Shown: positions 38,332 through 48,184, numbered from the stretch's first letter. The stretch: DNA of 54,878 bases from Candidatus Levyibacteriota bacterium (GCA_029260905.1 JAJDCH010000008.1:1-54878); one strand, 5' to 3'. Made by a program: numbers and translations. The notes: generated by a model not told the origin, from the letters alone.

Positions 38332-39372
38332 TTAGAAAAATCCGCCAGAGTGGACATGAGCTTTTTTTCCATTTATGGTTATTATTTTTCCCTCTTTTAA
38401 AATTCTGGTTGCATTTTTTGCATTAATAATTCCAGAAATGCCATGATGAAAGTCAAAAACACCAGTGTGGATTTTTGAATCCTCTTCTATGATAAATCCT
38501 GAGATTTTTTGCCTAATATTTTTAGGTAGTAAATCAAGACTTTTTGCTATCAAAATATTTTCCTTTTTTATATCTTTTAAATCATTGAAATTTTTTATAA
38601 TTTTTGCAATGCCTGTTGTTATTCTATTTGAAATAGTTTTTCCTGTAATAAGTATAGTTTTTCGTTTTATTTGCATTTTAGTTTTAGGGGTCGGAATGTG
38701 TGGCTTGATTGATAGGATATAAAAAATTCCTTCTTTAATACCCCAAGTAACTTGATGCGGAATTGGAAAAAGTATGTTTAGTTTTTTTACTATTTTTTCC
38801 AAATGTGGATGATATTTATTGTTAGCTGAATTTTTTGTACCAGTTAAGATTTTGCCAAAAACATCAGGCAATATTTCTTTACGAACAGATATAGCAGGAG
38901 TGATTTTTTGATAGTCTATTTTGTTTTTGAATCTATAATAAAGCATCCCTGGTTCAAAAAAATCAATTATTGATTGTTTTATTTTTTCGGCAAGATCATC
39001 TCCTTTTTTGAGATAAACTTTTTTATTATTAAAATCTAGATACATATTTGTACCTAGTTTTTTTTGTAGGTTTTTTGAATCATTAGTAAAGCCATCAGGA
39101 AGCATGGTCTTAAGGATTTCATTTTTGATATGAGTTGAAGCTTGAGCAAGAGATGCTTGATTTTCAAAATGAATTGTTGATATCAAGCCATTTATCCGAG
39201 AGCTAAGAAAACTTGTGTTGATTAATTTCTGATACACCTCAGGTGACAACATATACACATCTGGAATCGAAAAACTTGCTTTTTTTAATTTAAAAAGTTT
39301 TTTTAATTCTTCGTTCAGATTTTTTGAGTACTTTTCTTCAGTCTTTTCTATGTTCAGAAAAAAATTATTCAT
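38332..39372 (-). CDS. Degenerate PEP-synthase-like protein (eroded nucleotide-binding domain plus phospho-His swivel domain)
   Basis: N-terminus aligns by eye with PpsA (FSIPDVYML..., LAQASTHIKNEIL, VTWG..FYILSIKP). C-terminus resembles the PEP-utiliser mobile domain (GKTIS..TTG.AKII, ENILIA, NATRILKEGKIITING). Confidence 0.7.
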   Translation of the reverse strand: MNNFFLNIEKTEEKYSKNLNEELKKLFKLKKASFSIPDVYMLSPEVYQKLINTSFLSSRINGLISTIHFENQASLAQASTHIKNEILKTMLPDGFTNDSKNLQKKLGTNMYLDFNNKKVYLKKGDDLAEKIKQSIIDFFEPGMLYYRFKNKIDYQKITPAISVRKEILPDVFGKILTGTKNSANNKYHPHLEKIVKKLNILFPIPHQVTWGIKEGIFYILSIKPHIPTPKTKMQIKRKTILITGKTISNRITTGIAKIIKNFNDLKDIKKENILIAKSLDLLPKNIRQKISGFIIEEDSKIHTGVFDFHHGISGIINAKNATRILKEGKIITINGKKAHVHSGGFF

Positions 39373-39418
39373 CTAGATTTATTGTTGCTTATTGAGAAAG
39401 AAATTTCAAGCACTTGTA

Positions 39419-39448
39419 TTGACAATCAAGGAAAAATTAGTCTATAGT
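39419..39448 (+). promoter_or_regulatory. Promoter of the Hpt-receiver-pilus operon
   Basis: TTGACA-18 nt-TATAGT. Confidence 0.6.
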
Positions 39449-39470
39449 CAAATAAGTTAACAATAGTTAT

Positions 39471-39866
39471 ATGCCAGTTTCAGACGACGATAAAAGTAAG
39501 TTCAAAGATTTGTATCTTCAAACAGCAAAAGCTTATATCGATGATATTCAGAGAAATTTATTAATTTTAAGGTCTGACTTTTCGAATAAAGAATCAATAG
39601 GTGTGGTACATATGGCAGCCCATTCTTTGACAAGTCAAAGTATATTGATGGGCTTTGGTCATGTTGCTGCATACTCAAGACTTATTGAGATGATTTTTAG
39701 ACAAAAAATAAATGACAATAACAGAATTCTTGATTTTGAATTGGTTCAAGAGATAGACAAAGGGCTTGTTGAGCTGTATAAATCTCTTGATGCGATAAAA
39801 GACAATGGGGTTGAAGTTGATATGTCTCCTTTTATAAAGTTGTTAGAATCAAGAGTTCATAATTAG
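39471..39866 (+). CDS. Stand-alone Hpt (CheA P1-like) phosphotransfer protein
   Basis: Helical 131-aa protein with AAHSLTSQS..MGF matching the Hpt H-box AHSLKG.S..MG. Confidence 0.8.
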   Translation: MPVSDDDKSKFKDLYLQTAKAYIDDIQRNLLILRSDFSNKESIGVVHMAAHSLTSQSILMGFGHVAAYSRLIEMIFRQKINDNNRILDFELVQEIDKGLVELYKSLDAIKDNGVEVDMSPFIKLLESRVHN

Positions 39867-39868
39867 TT

Positions 39869-40240
39869 ATGTATGTACTATTAATAGAAGACGACAAATT
39901 TTTTCAAGAGTTTTATTCTTTTAAATTAAAAGAAAAAGGAGTAGAAGTTGACATAGCATCAGATGGTGAGGAAGGCTTGTTAAAGATTGCGCAAAGAATT
40001 CCAGATGTCATTCTTCTTGATCTTATCATGCCTAAAAAGGATGGGTTTGAGGTGCTACAGGAGCTTGTGAATAGAAATCTTATCGCTCAGATACCAGTTC
40101 TTGTTTTTTCAACTCTTGGTCAAAAGTCTGATGTCGAAAAAGCAATAGGACTTGGAGCTAAGGGATATGTAAATAAAAGCTTTTTTGACTTTGACAAACT
40201 CCTCACATCCATCATACAATTAGGTCAGAAACAAAACTAA
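39869..40240 (+). CDS. Single-domain response regulator (CheY-like receiver)
   Basis: IEDD acidic pocket, phospho-Asp in LLDLIMP, FST and conserved Lys (VNKS); no output domain. Confidence 0.93.
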   Translation: MYVLLIEDDKFFQEFYSFKLKEKGVEVDIASDGEEGLLKIAQRIPDVILLDLIMPKKDGFEVLQELVNRNLIAQIPVLVFSTLGQKSDVEKAIGLGAKGYVNKSFFDFDKLLTSIIQLGQKQN

Positions 40241-40249
40241 TCTGCCCAT

Positions 40250-41932
40250 ATGCTCATAACAGATGAAAAGCTCAAAGAGCTATTGCTTAATGTCAAGGTG
40301 TTGGATGAAAAAAGTCTTTTAGATGTAGAGACTTATTCTAAAAACACGGATACTTCGCTTTATGAATCGTTGATAGAAAAAGATATTATCACTGATGAAA
40401 ATTTGGGAATTCTTATTGCAGATTCTCTTAAAATTCCATTTATCGTTCTCTCCAAGATTTCAATTCCTGATAATGTTTTTAAAATAATTCCTGAAAGAAT
40501 TGCTCGAAAGTATAAGGCAATACCATTTGAGCGCGATAAGAATGGAGTTAAAGTGGCAATGGCTGATGTTAGCAATAAGATGATTCAGGAAATGATTGCT
40601 AAAAAAACAGGGCAAAAGGTCTATGCATATCTTTCAACAGAGCGTGACATCTATAGCAAGTTGTATATTTTTAAAAAAGACCTTCAGAAATCTTTTGACA
40701 GTCTAGTTTCTGAGCAGTTAAAAAACGCCGGCAAAGGAGCATCAGATGCGCCCATTTCAAAGATAGTTAGTCTTATTATTCAGTATGGTTATCAGGATCA
40801 GGCATCCGATATTCATATTGAACCAGAAGAGAAAGGAACACTTGTTCGTTTCCGTGTTGATGGTATTCTTCATGATGTTTTACATCTCCCCAAAAATCTT
40901 CATGAGCAGATCTCAACTCGTATAAAAGTCTTATCAAATTTAAGAACCGATGAGCATATGTCACCTCAGGATGGAAAATTAAGGGTTGAGTTGGAGGAGG
41001 AAAATCTTGACATCAGGGTGTCTATCTTGCCGATTGTGTATGGTGAGAAACTGGTTATGAGGCTTCTTGCATCGCATTTCAGGCAGTTTTCACTGGTTGA
41101 TCTTGGTATGCGAGAGGAGGATCTGGAAAAAGTAAATAAAGGTTTTGCCAAATCTTTTGGGATGGTTCTTTCTACTGGTCCGACTGGTTCTGGAAAAACA
41201 ACATCAATTTATTCAATTCTGAAGATAATAAATACTCGCGAAAAAAACATCACCACCATTGAAGATCCGGTTGAGTATAGGATAAAAGGCGTTAATCAAA
41301 TTCAAACAAATGTCAAGGCTGATCTTACTTTTGCACAGGGTCTAAGATCTATTCTTAGACAAGACCCAAACGTTATTTTTGTTGGTGAAATAAGAGATAG
41401 TGAGACTGCGGGAATTGCTGTAAACGCAGCACTCACCGGTCATTTAGTCTTGTCAACTCTTCATACAAATGATGCTGCTGGCGCGCTTCCGAGACTTACA
41501 GACATGAATGTTGAGCCGTTTCTGGTTGCCTCAACAGTAAATGTTATTGTTGCCCAGCGTCTTGTCAGAAAAATTTGTGAGATGTGTAAATCATCAATTG
41601 AGGTAACAGAAAATGATCTTGATAAGAATTTGCCACCAGAAGTTGTAAAAAAATATTTTGGTGAGAAAAAGGATATGCGGATTTATGTAGGAAAAGGATG
41701 TGAGGTTTGTCACGAGACAGGATATTCTGGAAGAATTGGTGTTTTTGAGGTTCTGTCTGTCAGCCCTGCCATTAAGGCGTTAATTAGCGCAAAAAAAGAT
41801 TCCAATGTCATCCTTGAGCAGGCAATAGAAGAAGGGATGACAACAATGCTGGATGATGGAATTATTAAAGTTAAGAAGGGCCTAACAAGTATTGAGGAAG
41901 TGTTAAGGGTTACAAAAGTAGAATCGCTTTGA
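40250..41932 (+). CDS. pilB: Type IV pilus assembly ATPase (PilB/GspE)
   Basis: ASDIHIEP, GPTGSGKTT, EDPVEY, LRQDP, GEIRD, STLHTN, tetra-Cys motif. Confidence 0.96.
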   Translation: MLITDEKLKELLLNVKVLDEKSLLDVETYSKNTDTSLYESLIEKDIITDENLGILIADSLKIPFIVLSKISIPDNVFKIIPERIARKYKAIPFERDKNGVKVAMADVSNKMIQEMIAKKTGQKVYAYLSTERDIYSKLYIFKKDLQKSFDSLVSEQLKNAGKGASDAPISKIVSLIIQYGYQDQASDIHIEPEEKGTLVRFRVDGILHDVLHLPKNLHEQISTRIKVLSNLRTDEHMSPQDGKLRVELEEENLDIRVSILPIVYGEKLVMRLLASHFRQFSLVDLGMREEDLEKVNKGFAKSFGMVLSTGPTGSGKTTSIYSILKIINTREKNITTIEDPVEYRIKGVNQIQTNVKADLTFAQGLRSILRQDPNVIFVGEIRDSETAGIAVNAALTGHLVLSTLHTNDAAGALPRLTDMNVEPFLVASTVNVIVAQRLVRKICEMCKSSIEVTENDLDKNLPPEVVKKYFGEKKDMRIYVGKGCEVCHETGYSGRIGVFEVLSVSPAIKALISAKKDSNVILEQAIEEGMTTMLDDGIIKVKKGLTSIEEVLRVTKVESL

Positions 41933-41934
41933 TT

Positions 41935-42984
41935 ATGAGTACAAAAAGAATTAGTATTTCAAATAAAGAAAAAATAGGATTGATCAGTAATCTGCATACA
42001 ATGCTTTCAGCTGGGATTCCGATTCTTGAAACAGTTGATTCATTACTCGAGGATGTAAAAGGAAACATGAGGAAGCTTCTTCTTGTTCTAAGAGAGGATT
42101 TGATACAGGGAAAAAAGGTTTCATTTGCTTTTGCAAAATTTCCAAAGATCTTTGATAAGGTTACAGTTAATATCATTAAGGCCTCAGAAGAGGCTGGCAA
42201 TCTTGATACTACATTAAATGATATAAAAGAAAATATTAAAAAAGATATTGAATTTAATGACAAAATTAAAAGTGCTCTAATCTATCCTGTTTTTATTATG
42301 TTTGTTTTTGTAGCAGTGCTTTTGATGATTTTGGTTGTGGTTGTTCCGAAAATTTCCAATGTTTTTTTAAGACTAAATGTAGAGCTTCCTCTCCCAACGC
42401 GTATTATGATTAGTATGTCTGATGCACTAATTAACAACACTATTCCAGTTGTTCTTGGAATAGGGTTTGCTATTTTCATAATTATGTTTCTGTTTAAGAA
42501 GAATAAAAGAGCATTTATATCAATCCTTGTTTCTCTTCCAGCTATTTCAACGCTTGCGCAAAAGGTAGATTTGACGCGTTTTTCAAGAGGGCTTTATCTT
42601 CTTTTAAGTGCGGGAATTCCTATTACTTCGGCGCTTGAGCTTGCGGAGGAGATTGTCAGTAAAAGAGAAATGCAAAGAGCAATAAAGCAGACAAAAGAAA
42701 TGGTCTTTTCTGGAAAAAAGCTGTCTGATGGGTTAAAGCTCAACAAGGCAATTATTCCATCAATTATGATAAAGATAGTTGAGGCTGGCGAGAAAACAGG
42801 ATCTTTAGATAGATCTATGCAAGACGTTTCTGAATATCTTGACTATGAGGTGTCAAGTTCTCTAAAGACTCTTACGGCACTTATTGAGCCGCTTCTTTTA
42901 GTGATTGTGGGTGTGATGGTTGGCGGGATGATGATGGCTATCATCAGTCCTATCTATAGCATTGTTGGACAGATTGGAGGGTAA
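41935..42984 (+). CDS. pilC: Type IV pilus platform protein (PilC/GspF)
   Basis: Two GspF repeats (LSAGIPI; EEAGNLD / GEKTGSLD), ALIYP, LIEP. Confidence 0.95.
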   Translation: MSTKRISISNKEKIGLISNLHTMLSAGIPILETVDSLLEDVKGNMRKLLLVLREDLIQGKKVSFAFAKFPKIFDKVTVNIIKASEEAGNLDTTLNDIKENIKKDIEFNDKIKSALIYPVFIMFVFVAVLLMILVVVVPKISNVFLRLNVELPLPTRIMISMSDALINNTIPVVLGIGFAIFIIMFLFKKNKRAFISILVSLPAISTLAQKVDLTRFSRGLYLLLSAGIPITSALELAEEIVSKREMQRAIKQTKEMVFSGKKLSDGLKLNKAIIPSIMIKIVEAGEKTGSLDRSMQDVSEYLDYEVSSSLKTLTALIEPLLLVIVGVMVGGMMMAIISPIYSIVGQIGG

Positions 42985-42988
42985 AATT

Positions 42989-43016
42989 AGCTTATGGCTT
43001 ATGGTAAATGGCGTAT
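42989..43016 (+). repeat. 7-nt repeat spanning the start of a minor pilin
   Basis: AGCTTAT GGCTTAT GGTAAAT GGCGTAT; supplies the ATG and MAYGKWRI leader. Confidence 0.7.
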
Positions 43017-43467
43017 AGTAGCGAAAGGATTTACTTTAATAGAATTGGTTCTTGTGATGGGAATTTTTACAGCGATTGTAAGTCTTTCAACAATATCATT
43101 ATCTAGGCTTCAGTCAAGTTCCAGACTTGATGCTGCTGTCAATAGTCTTAATGCCGATTTAAGAGAGCAGCAGCTGAAAGCAATGTCAGGTGATAATGAC
43201 GGGCAAGGTGGTTCGTCTAATTATAATTACGGAGTTCATTTTGATGCTGAATCATATACATTTTTTAGAGAAAATTACGGAGCTGGTAATATTTCTTATA
43301 CTCTTAAAGAGCATCTAGAATTTGTACCGCCTTTTACTGAGTTTGTCTTTCAAAAAGGAAGTGGTGAGATTGGAGCTCCTGTGACAGTTACTATCAATGA
43401 TACAGCAATAGGCAGACAAAAAATAATTGAGATAAATAAACTTGGAGTAGTAACAGATGTTAACTAA
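42994..43467 (+). CDS. Minor type IV pilin (FimT/GspH-like)
   Basis: Class III signal KG|FTLIELVLVM. Confidence 0.85.
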   Translation: MAYGKWRIVAKGFTLIELVLVMGIFTAIVSLSTISLSRLQSSSRLDAAVNSLNADLREQQLKAMSGDNDGQGGSSNYNYGVHFDAESYTFFRENYGAGNISYTLKEHLEFVPPFTEFVFQKGSGEIGAPVTVTINDTAIGRQKIIEINKLGVVTDVN

Positions 43468-45475
43468 GATGAAGATTTTTAATTACAAAGGACAGACATT
43501 GATAGAGTTAATTTTAGTTATGGGTATAGCTGCACTTGTCTTGCCTGCTATTTTGACAGGGCTTGTAGTTTCGCGTGAGGCAAAACCTCAACAGGAAAAA
43601 AGACTTGCGGCAACAGCCTATCTGAAAGAAGTGGAATCAGCAATTAAAAATATTAGAAACTCTAGCTGGTCAGCATTTTCAACAAATGGTACGTTTCACA
43701 CTGAGATTAGTGGAACTTCCTGGTCTCTTGATTCCGGATCATCAACGAATGCTGACGGGATTACGCAGGAAGTGGTAGTTAGTGATGTTTATAGAGATGA
43801 AAGTGGAGCGATTGTGGAAACAGGAGGAGTTGTTGATCCATTGACGAAAAAAGTTGATATTATTATTTCTTGGACTGAGCCAAGAGATTCTTCAATTACA
43901 TCAACATTATTTATAGTTAATACCAATAATGAAACTGTAACACAAACGACTGAAGCTGATTTTTTGGCAGGAACACCCACTACAACAGAGGTAACAAATA
44001 ATGATGATGGAGAGGTTGCTCTGGAGCTTTCATTTGGTCAGGCAGACTGGTGCAGTCCGCAGGATTCTGAAGTCGAGAATTTGACTCTTCCTAAGAAAGG
44101 AAACTCAATAAGAGTGCCTGGGGTTGGATCTGCATATGTAGCAACAGGTGATGGTACAGAGGGTGAGTCTTTTGTTAATGTCGGAATTTCCTATCCTCCT
44201 CCTCCAGGCGCGCCGGATGCAGCTATTGTTGCAACATATAGTGGAAATTATCAAACAAATGCCATTTACAGTACAGGTAATTATGCTTATCTAGCAATAA
44301 ATGGAACAACCAAACAAGTTAGAATATTAAACATTTCAAGTACACCCTATACAGAGGTTGGTACGATCACTCTTCCATCAGGAACTAATGCAAACGGTGT
44401 TTTTGTTGATGGCAATAATGCATATGTGACAAGTAGTAATAAAATATATAAGGTAGATATAACCAATAAAAATGGTTCTCATTCACCAAATAGATCAAGG
44501 TCAATGAGTCTTGACTGGTTTGAAACAGGTACGCCAATTGCTCATCAGGTAGCAGTTGTCGAAAATCGTGTTTTTGTTACAGTTCAGGGCGCGCTTGCTG
44601 GTGTTCAGATTTTTGATAAAAGTAATTTAGTTCTCAGAGGTGTCGGACAGCTAACATTTAACCAAACACCCCGTGGCCTTTTTGTAAACAGTACTGGAAC
44701 ACGCGCATATGTTTCTTTCAGCGGTGGACCAGGCTGGTTATCAAAAGGATTTTTTATTATTAATACATATGAACCAGATGCTTTTTGGTTTGTTATTTAT
44801 TTTCATCCCAAAGTTGGTACATACAGTACAGGTACAGTGGAGCCTCGTAGTATGGCAATAACGCCTGATACTGGAAACAGAGCATTGATTGGTGGTTTAA
44901 ACGGAACTTATGAATATCAGGTTGTCAATATCTCAAATGAGTCAAATCCAATATTTTGCGGAGGATTAGATATACCTGCTGGAGTAACAGGAGTAAGCGG
45001 AGCGCTTGATCAATACGGGAATGTTTTTGCTTTTCTTTTGACAGGTGATATTGTAGGAGGTGGAAGTGATCAGCTCAAGATAATACAAGGTGGAGCTGGC
45101 GGTGGAGGTGGTGGCTATGCTTCATCAGGTACATTTGAGTCATCATCGATAAATATTGGAGGATCTGCTGTTTTTAATAGATTTGCAGCAACCGTTACAG
45201 AGCCAGTAAATACTTCTATACAAATGCAGGTCGGTGTTGCAGCGCCTACTTCTGGATCGTGTAGTACTGCTCAGTTTACGTTTGTTGGACCAGATGGAAA
45301 TACTGGGTCTTATTACACGCCAGTCGGAAATACAATCTCTGGTTCAATTCCAATTGGAAGCATTAGTCCTTTTTATGAAAACCCAGAGCAGTGTTTCAGA
45401 TATAAAGCATATTATGAAAATAATACAACCTCGTCGCCAATTCTTGAGGATGTGATAGTTAATTATTCGCCATGA
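43457..45475 (+). CDS. Large pilin-like protein with a beta-propeller-like domain (candidate adhesin)
   Basis: KG|QTLIEL signal, repeated GNYAYLA / GNNAYV / ENRVFV / GTRAYV blades, Gly linker GGAGGGGGG. Confidence 0.75.
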   Translation: MLTKMKIFNYKGQTLIELILVMGIAALVLPAILTGLVVSREAKPQQEKRLAATAYLKEVESAIKNIRNSSWSAFSTNGTFHTEISGTSWSLDSGSSTNADGITQEVVVSDVYRDESGAIVETGGVVDPLTKKVDIIISWTEPRDSSITSTLFIVNTNNETVTQTTEADFLAGTPTTTEVTNNDDGEVALELSFGQADWCSPQDSEVENLTLPKKGNSIRVPGVGSAYVATGDGTEGESFVNVGISYPPPPGAPDAAIVATYSGNYQTNAIYSTGNYAYLAINGTTKQVRILNISSTPYTEVGTITLPSGTNANGVFVDGNNAYVTSSNKIYKVDITNKNGSHSPNRSRSMSLDWFETGTPIAHQVAVVENRVFVTVQGALAGVQIFDKSNLVLRGVGQLTFNQTPRGLFVNSTGTRAYVSFSGGPGWLSKGFFIINTYEPDAFWFVIYFHPKVGTYSTGTVEPRSMAITPDTGNRALIGGLNGTYEYQVVNISNESNPIFCGGLDIPAGVTGVSGALDQYGNVFAFLLTGDIVGGGSDQLKIIQGGAGGGGGGYASSGTFESSSINIGGSAVFNRFAATVTEPVNTSIQMQVGVAAPTSGSCSTAQFTFVGPDGNTGSYYTPVGNTISGSIPIGSISPFYENPEQCFRYKAYYENNTTSSPILEDVIVNYSP

Positions 45476-46452
45476 ACCAAAAAATAAACAAACAGTATTT
45501 GATTAATTTTTTTAAAAAAATTGTAGAAGATAAGTTTATTCTGGGAATTGTCATGCTTGCAATTTTAAGCATCATAGTTAGTGTTTCACTTTTAATAGGT
45601 GGGGAAAATAATTTTTCAAAACGTACAGGAATTCCAAATGTTTCAAATCATGGATCAGGAGAAGATGGTAAGACTGGAGAGGAGGAATCATCAGAAAAAG
45701 GATTTAATTTCTTTGGACTTCTTTCTGAAAAAGATCAAGGGAAAGATCAGTCTTCAGAAAATAGTGCTCCAAGAAGTCTTAAAGGAGTTACTGTTCCAAA
45801 TGGAAATCCTAACATCAAGACTCCGCCTGCAATTAAAAAAGTGAATGCTGATGGATCATCAGTTGCACAGACTTTAAATCAAACAGGTTCAACAAATACA
45901 ATCGAGGGAACAATTGATCCTGATCCAGATGGAGGACTTCAAGAAGGGGTTGATAGTGATTCGGGAGGGGATAGTATTGCAATTAGTTTTCAAAATTCGG
46001 ATGGTTCAATTACAGAATATGTTCCGCCAGGCACACCTGAAGATGAGATAAGATGGGGAAGGTATACAAACACTACAAGTGGTTACGCTCTAAATTTTCC
46101 TGTAAATTGGCAATTTACATATTCAGTAGCTGAAACAGGTGATGAACTTTTAATACTTTTTCCGCCAAACGTTGATCCTGATGATCCAGAAAGTGAAAAT
46201 ATTGTTTTCGGCTTTAATAGTAGTAATTTTAATCCAGTAAACACGATACTTAGGGATGCTTATACAACCACGATTATTGTTGATGGACAGACTGGGAATT
46301 TGTACACAAAAGGACCTCTTGGTCCTAGTTATATTGCATCAATTCTAAACACTAATACTGGATTGTTTGGATTGATGGCAAGTAAAAGCGATGAGCTTTT
46401 TGCATATGTTTATTATTTCATGATTCATTCACTAACATTTAATGTTGAATAA
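45472..46452 (+). CDS. Membrane-anchored extracellular protein, possible PsbP-like C-domain
   Basis: One N-terminal TM, low-complexity linker, YTN...GYALNFPVNW motif; overlaps flanking pilin genes. Confidence 0.55.
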   Translation: MNQKINKQYLINFFKKIVEDKFILGIVMLAILSIIVSVSLLIGGENNFSKRTGIPNVSNHGSGEDGKTGEEESSEKGFNFFGLLSEKDQGKDQSSENSAPRSLKGVTVPNGNPNIKTPPAIKKVNADGSSVAQTLNQTGSTNTIEGTIDPDPDGGLQEGVDSDSGGDSIAISFQNSDGSITEYVPPGTPEDEIRWGRYTNTTSGYALNFPVNWQFTYSVAETGDELLILFPPNVDPDDPESENIVFGFNSSNFNPVNTILRDAYTTTIIVDGQTGNLYTKGPLGPSYIASILNTNTGLFGLMASKSDELFAYVYYFMIHSLTFNVE

Positions 46453-46978
46453 AATTAAACCAAGAATAAATGTTCAAAATTCAAAAACTCAAATGAAGGG
46501 TTTTACTCTTATTGAGTTGACTATGTCTATGGGGATTCTTGCAGTTTTGCTAGTAGCATTCACTGCTATATTCGGATCGGTGGTTGACGTAAATCTTGAG
46601 TCAAGTTCTGCATCTGCTATAGACCAGGATGGGAGATTTGTAATTTCCCGTCTTGTTTATGACACACAACGTGCTGATGAAATAGTGCAACCATCCGTTC
46701 CGGCTACGACATCGTCAAATACTTTTACAGTTTTAATATCTGGAGAGCAGTTCACATATGGCATGGATCTAAATGAAAATATTGCTCTTACCAATAATTC
46801 GGGAACCAATACGCTTAATAGCATGAACACAAAAGTTGAGAATTTGACTTTTCAGAGAATAGGCATAGGTGACAATACTGATACGATTCAGGTGAAATTT
46901 AATCTAGTAAGCAGGATTCAAAGGACAGCAGGAATTGTTGATTCAAAGGATTTTCAAACAACACTTAGTATAAGATGA
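46442..46978 (+). CDS. Minor type IV pilin (PilW/GspJ-like)
   Basis: KG|FTLIELTMSM class III signal. Confidence 0.85.
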   Translation: MLNKIKPRINVQNSKTQMKGFTLIELTMSMGILAVLLVAFTAIFGSVVDVNLESSSASAIDQDGRFVISRLVYDTQRADEIVQPSVPATTSSNTFTVLISGEQFTYGMDLNENIALTNNSGTNTLNSMNTKVENLTFQRIGIGDNTDTIQVKFNLVSRIQRTAGIVDSKDFQTTLSIR

Positions 46979-47358
46979 AAGGACAGGCGCTAGTTACACT
47001 ATTATTTTTTACGATTTTTGCTATAACTGTTACTACAGCAGCAGTTGTGGTGGTGGTTGCCAATTCCAAATCAGGAGTAAAATTTCAGGAGGGTTCTGTG
47101 GCATTTCAGGTCGCGCAAAGTGGTGCAGATAATGCGGTAATAAGACTTCTCCGCGATCCTGGCTATACTGGTGAAACTGATTTGCAGGTGGGAAAGGGGC
47201 TTGCTGATATTTCAGTAATTGGATCAGGAATAATTGCTGATCCGTATATTATAATATCAACAGGCAAGGTTGGAGACTTTGTTAAAACAATTGAGGTTAC
47301 TGTAACTTATGAAGAAAATGAGATGGAAGTTATTTCACAAAAAGAAGTTTTTAATTAA
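46975..47358 (+). CDS. PilX/GspK-like minor pilin
   Basis: KG|QALVTLL lacking Glu5, with AF..AQSG...A...L typical of PilX N-termini. Confidence 0.75.
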   Translation: MKGQALVTLLFFTIFAITVTTAAVVVVVANSKSGVKFQEGSVAFQVAQSGADNAVIRLLRDPGYTGETDLQVGKGLADISVIGSGIIADPYIIISTGKVGDFVKTIEVTVTYEENEMEVISQKEVFN

Positions 47359-47361
47359 TTT

Positions 47362-48138
47362 ATGAATACCCAGGGACAGGGAGTAGTGCTCCTTCAGAAA
47401 GACAAATTTCAAATTTTTATGTCGAATCAGCCAGGAATTCTGGAATTTTTGTTTGTTCCTGAAATTGTTTCGGATCTGGATATAATAGATAAAAATTTTT
47501 TAGAACAATTGATCAAGCTTTTTATAGACAGTAATAAGCTGACACCAGGCGCGCTTACATTTGTAATTGCTGAACAGGCATGTTTTATAAAAAATATTGT
47601 GCTTCCTCCGCCTCCAGCTGTTCATACAGAGCCAAATCAAGTAGTTAATTTTGATTTGGAGAAAGAAATAAATCAATTTCTTGAAAGAGTTCCGTTTGAT
47701 GAAGTAGCAAGTGTTAGATTTCAGCTTGAAAATGGTGCTAGGATTTGTGCCACAAATAAAATTTTCTTCGAAAGTTTTGTTAAGGCTTTTGAAAAATATG
47801 GATTTATGACAAATATTGTTGTGCCATCGTTGGCGCTTGGATCAAGTCCAATTCTTAAGCCAATTCTTGATCAACAAATGGCAAACTATATTCTTTCAGC
47901 AGATCTGGGAGCATTGAGAAGACATAGTTTTATGATTGATCAAAAAATAGAACAGCAAGCTTCTGTTTTAGATGAGAAAAAGTCAGGGAATTCGTCATCA
48001 GGGAACTATGAAATATCTGATGCTCCATCTGGTCCTGAGAAAAAAACTAATAAAAAAAGAGTTTTTTTATTAGTAAGTGTATTTGTAATTTTGATAGCTA
48101 TTTTGGTGTTTATGATTTTTAATCAAGAACCAGTCTGA
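47362..48138 (+). CDS. Pilus-operon protein with C-terminal TM (possibly PilM/GspL-related)
   Basis: Position in operon; soluble domain followed by a basic stretch and one TM. Family assignment is weak. Confidence 0.4.
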   Translation: MNTQGQGVVLLQKDKFQIFMSNQPGILEFLFVPEIVSDLDIIDKNFLEQLIKLFIDSNKLTPGALTFVIAEQACFIKNIVLPPPPAVHTEPNQVVNFDLEKEINQFLERVPFDEVASVRFQLENGARICATNKIFFESFVKAFEKYGFMTNIVVPSLALGSSPILKPILDQQMANYILSADLGALRRHSFMIDQKIEQQASVLDEKKSGNSSSGNYEISDAPSGPEKKTNKKRVFLLVSVFVILIAILVFMIFNQEPV

Positions 48139-48184
48139 TTTTAGTTAGCCTTAGACTTTCGATTTATTTTCTATTTTTGCCCCC

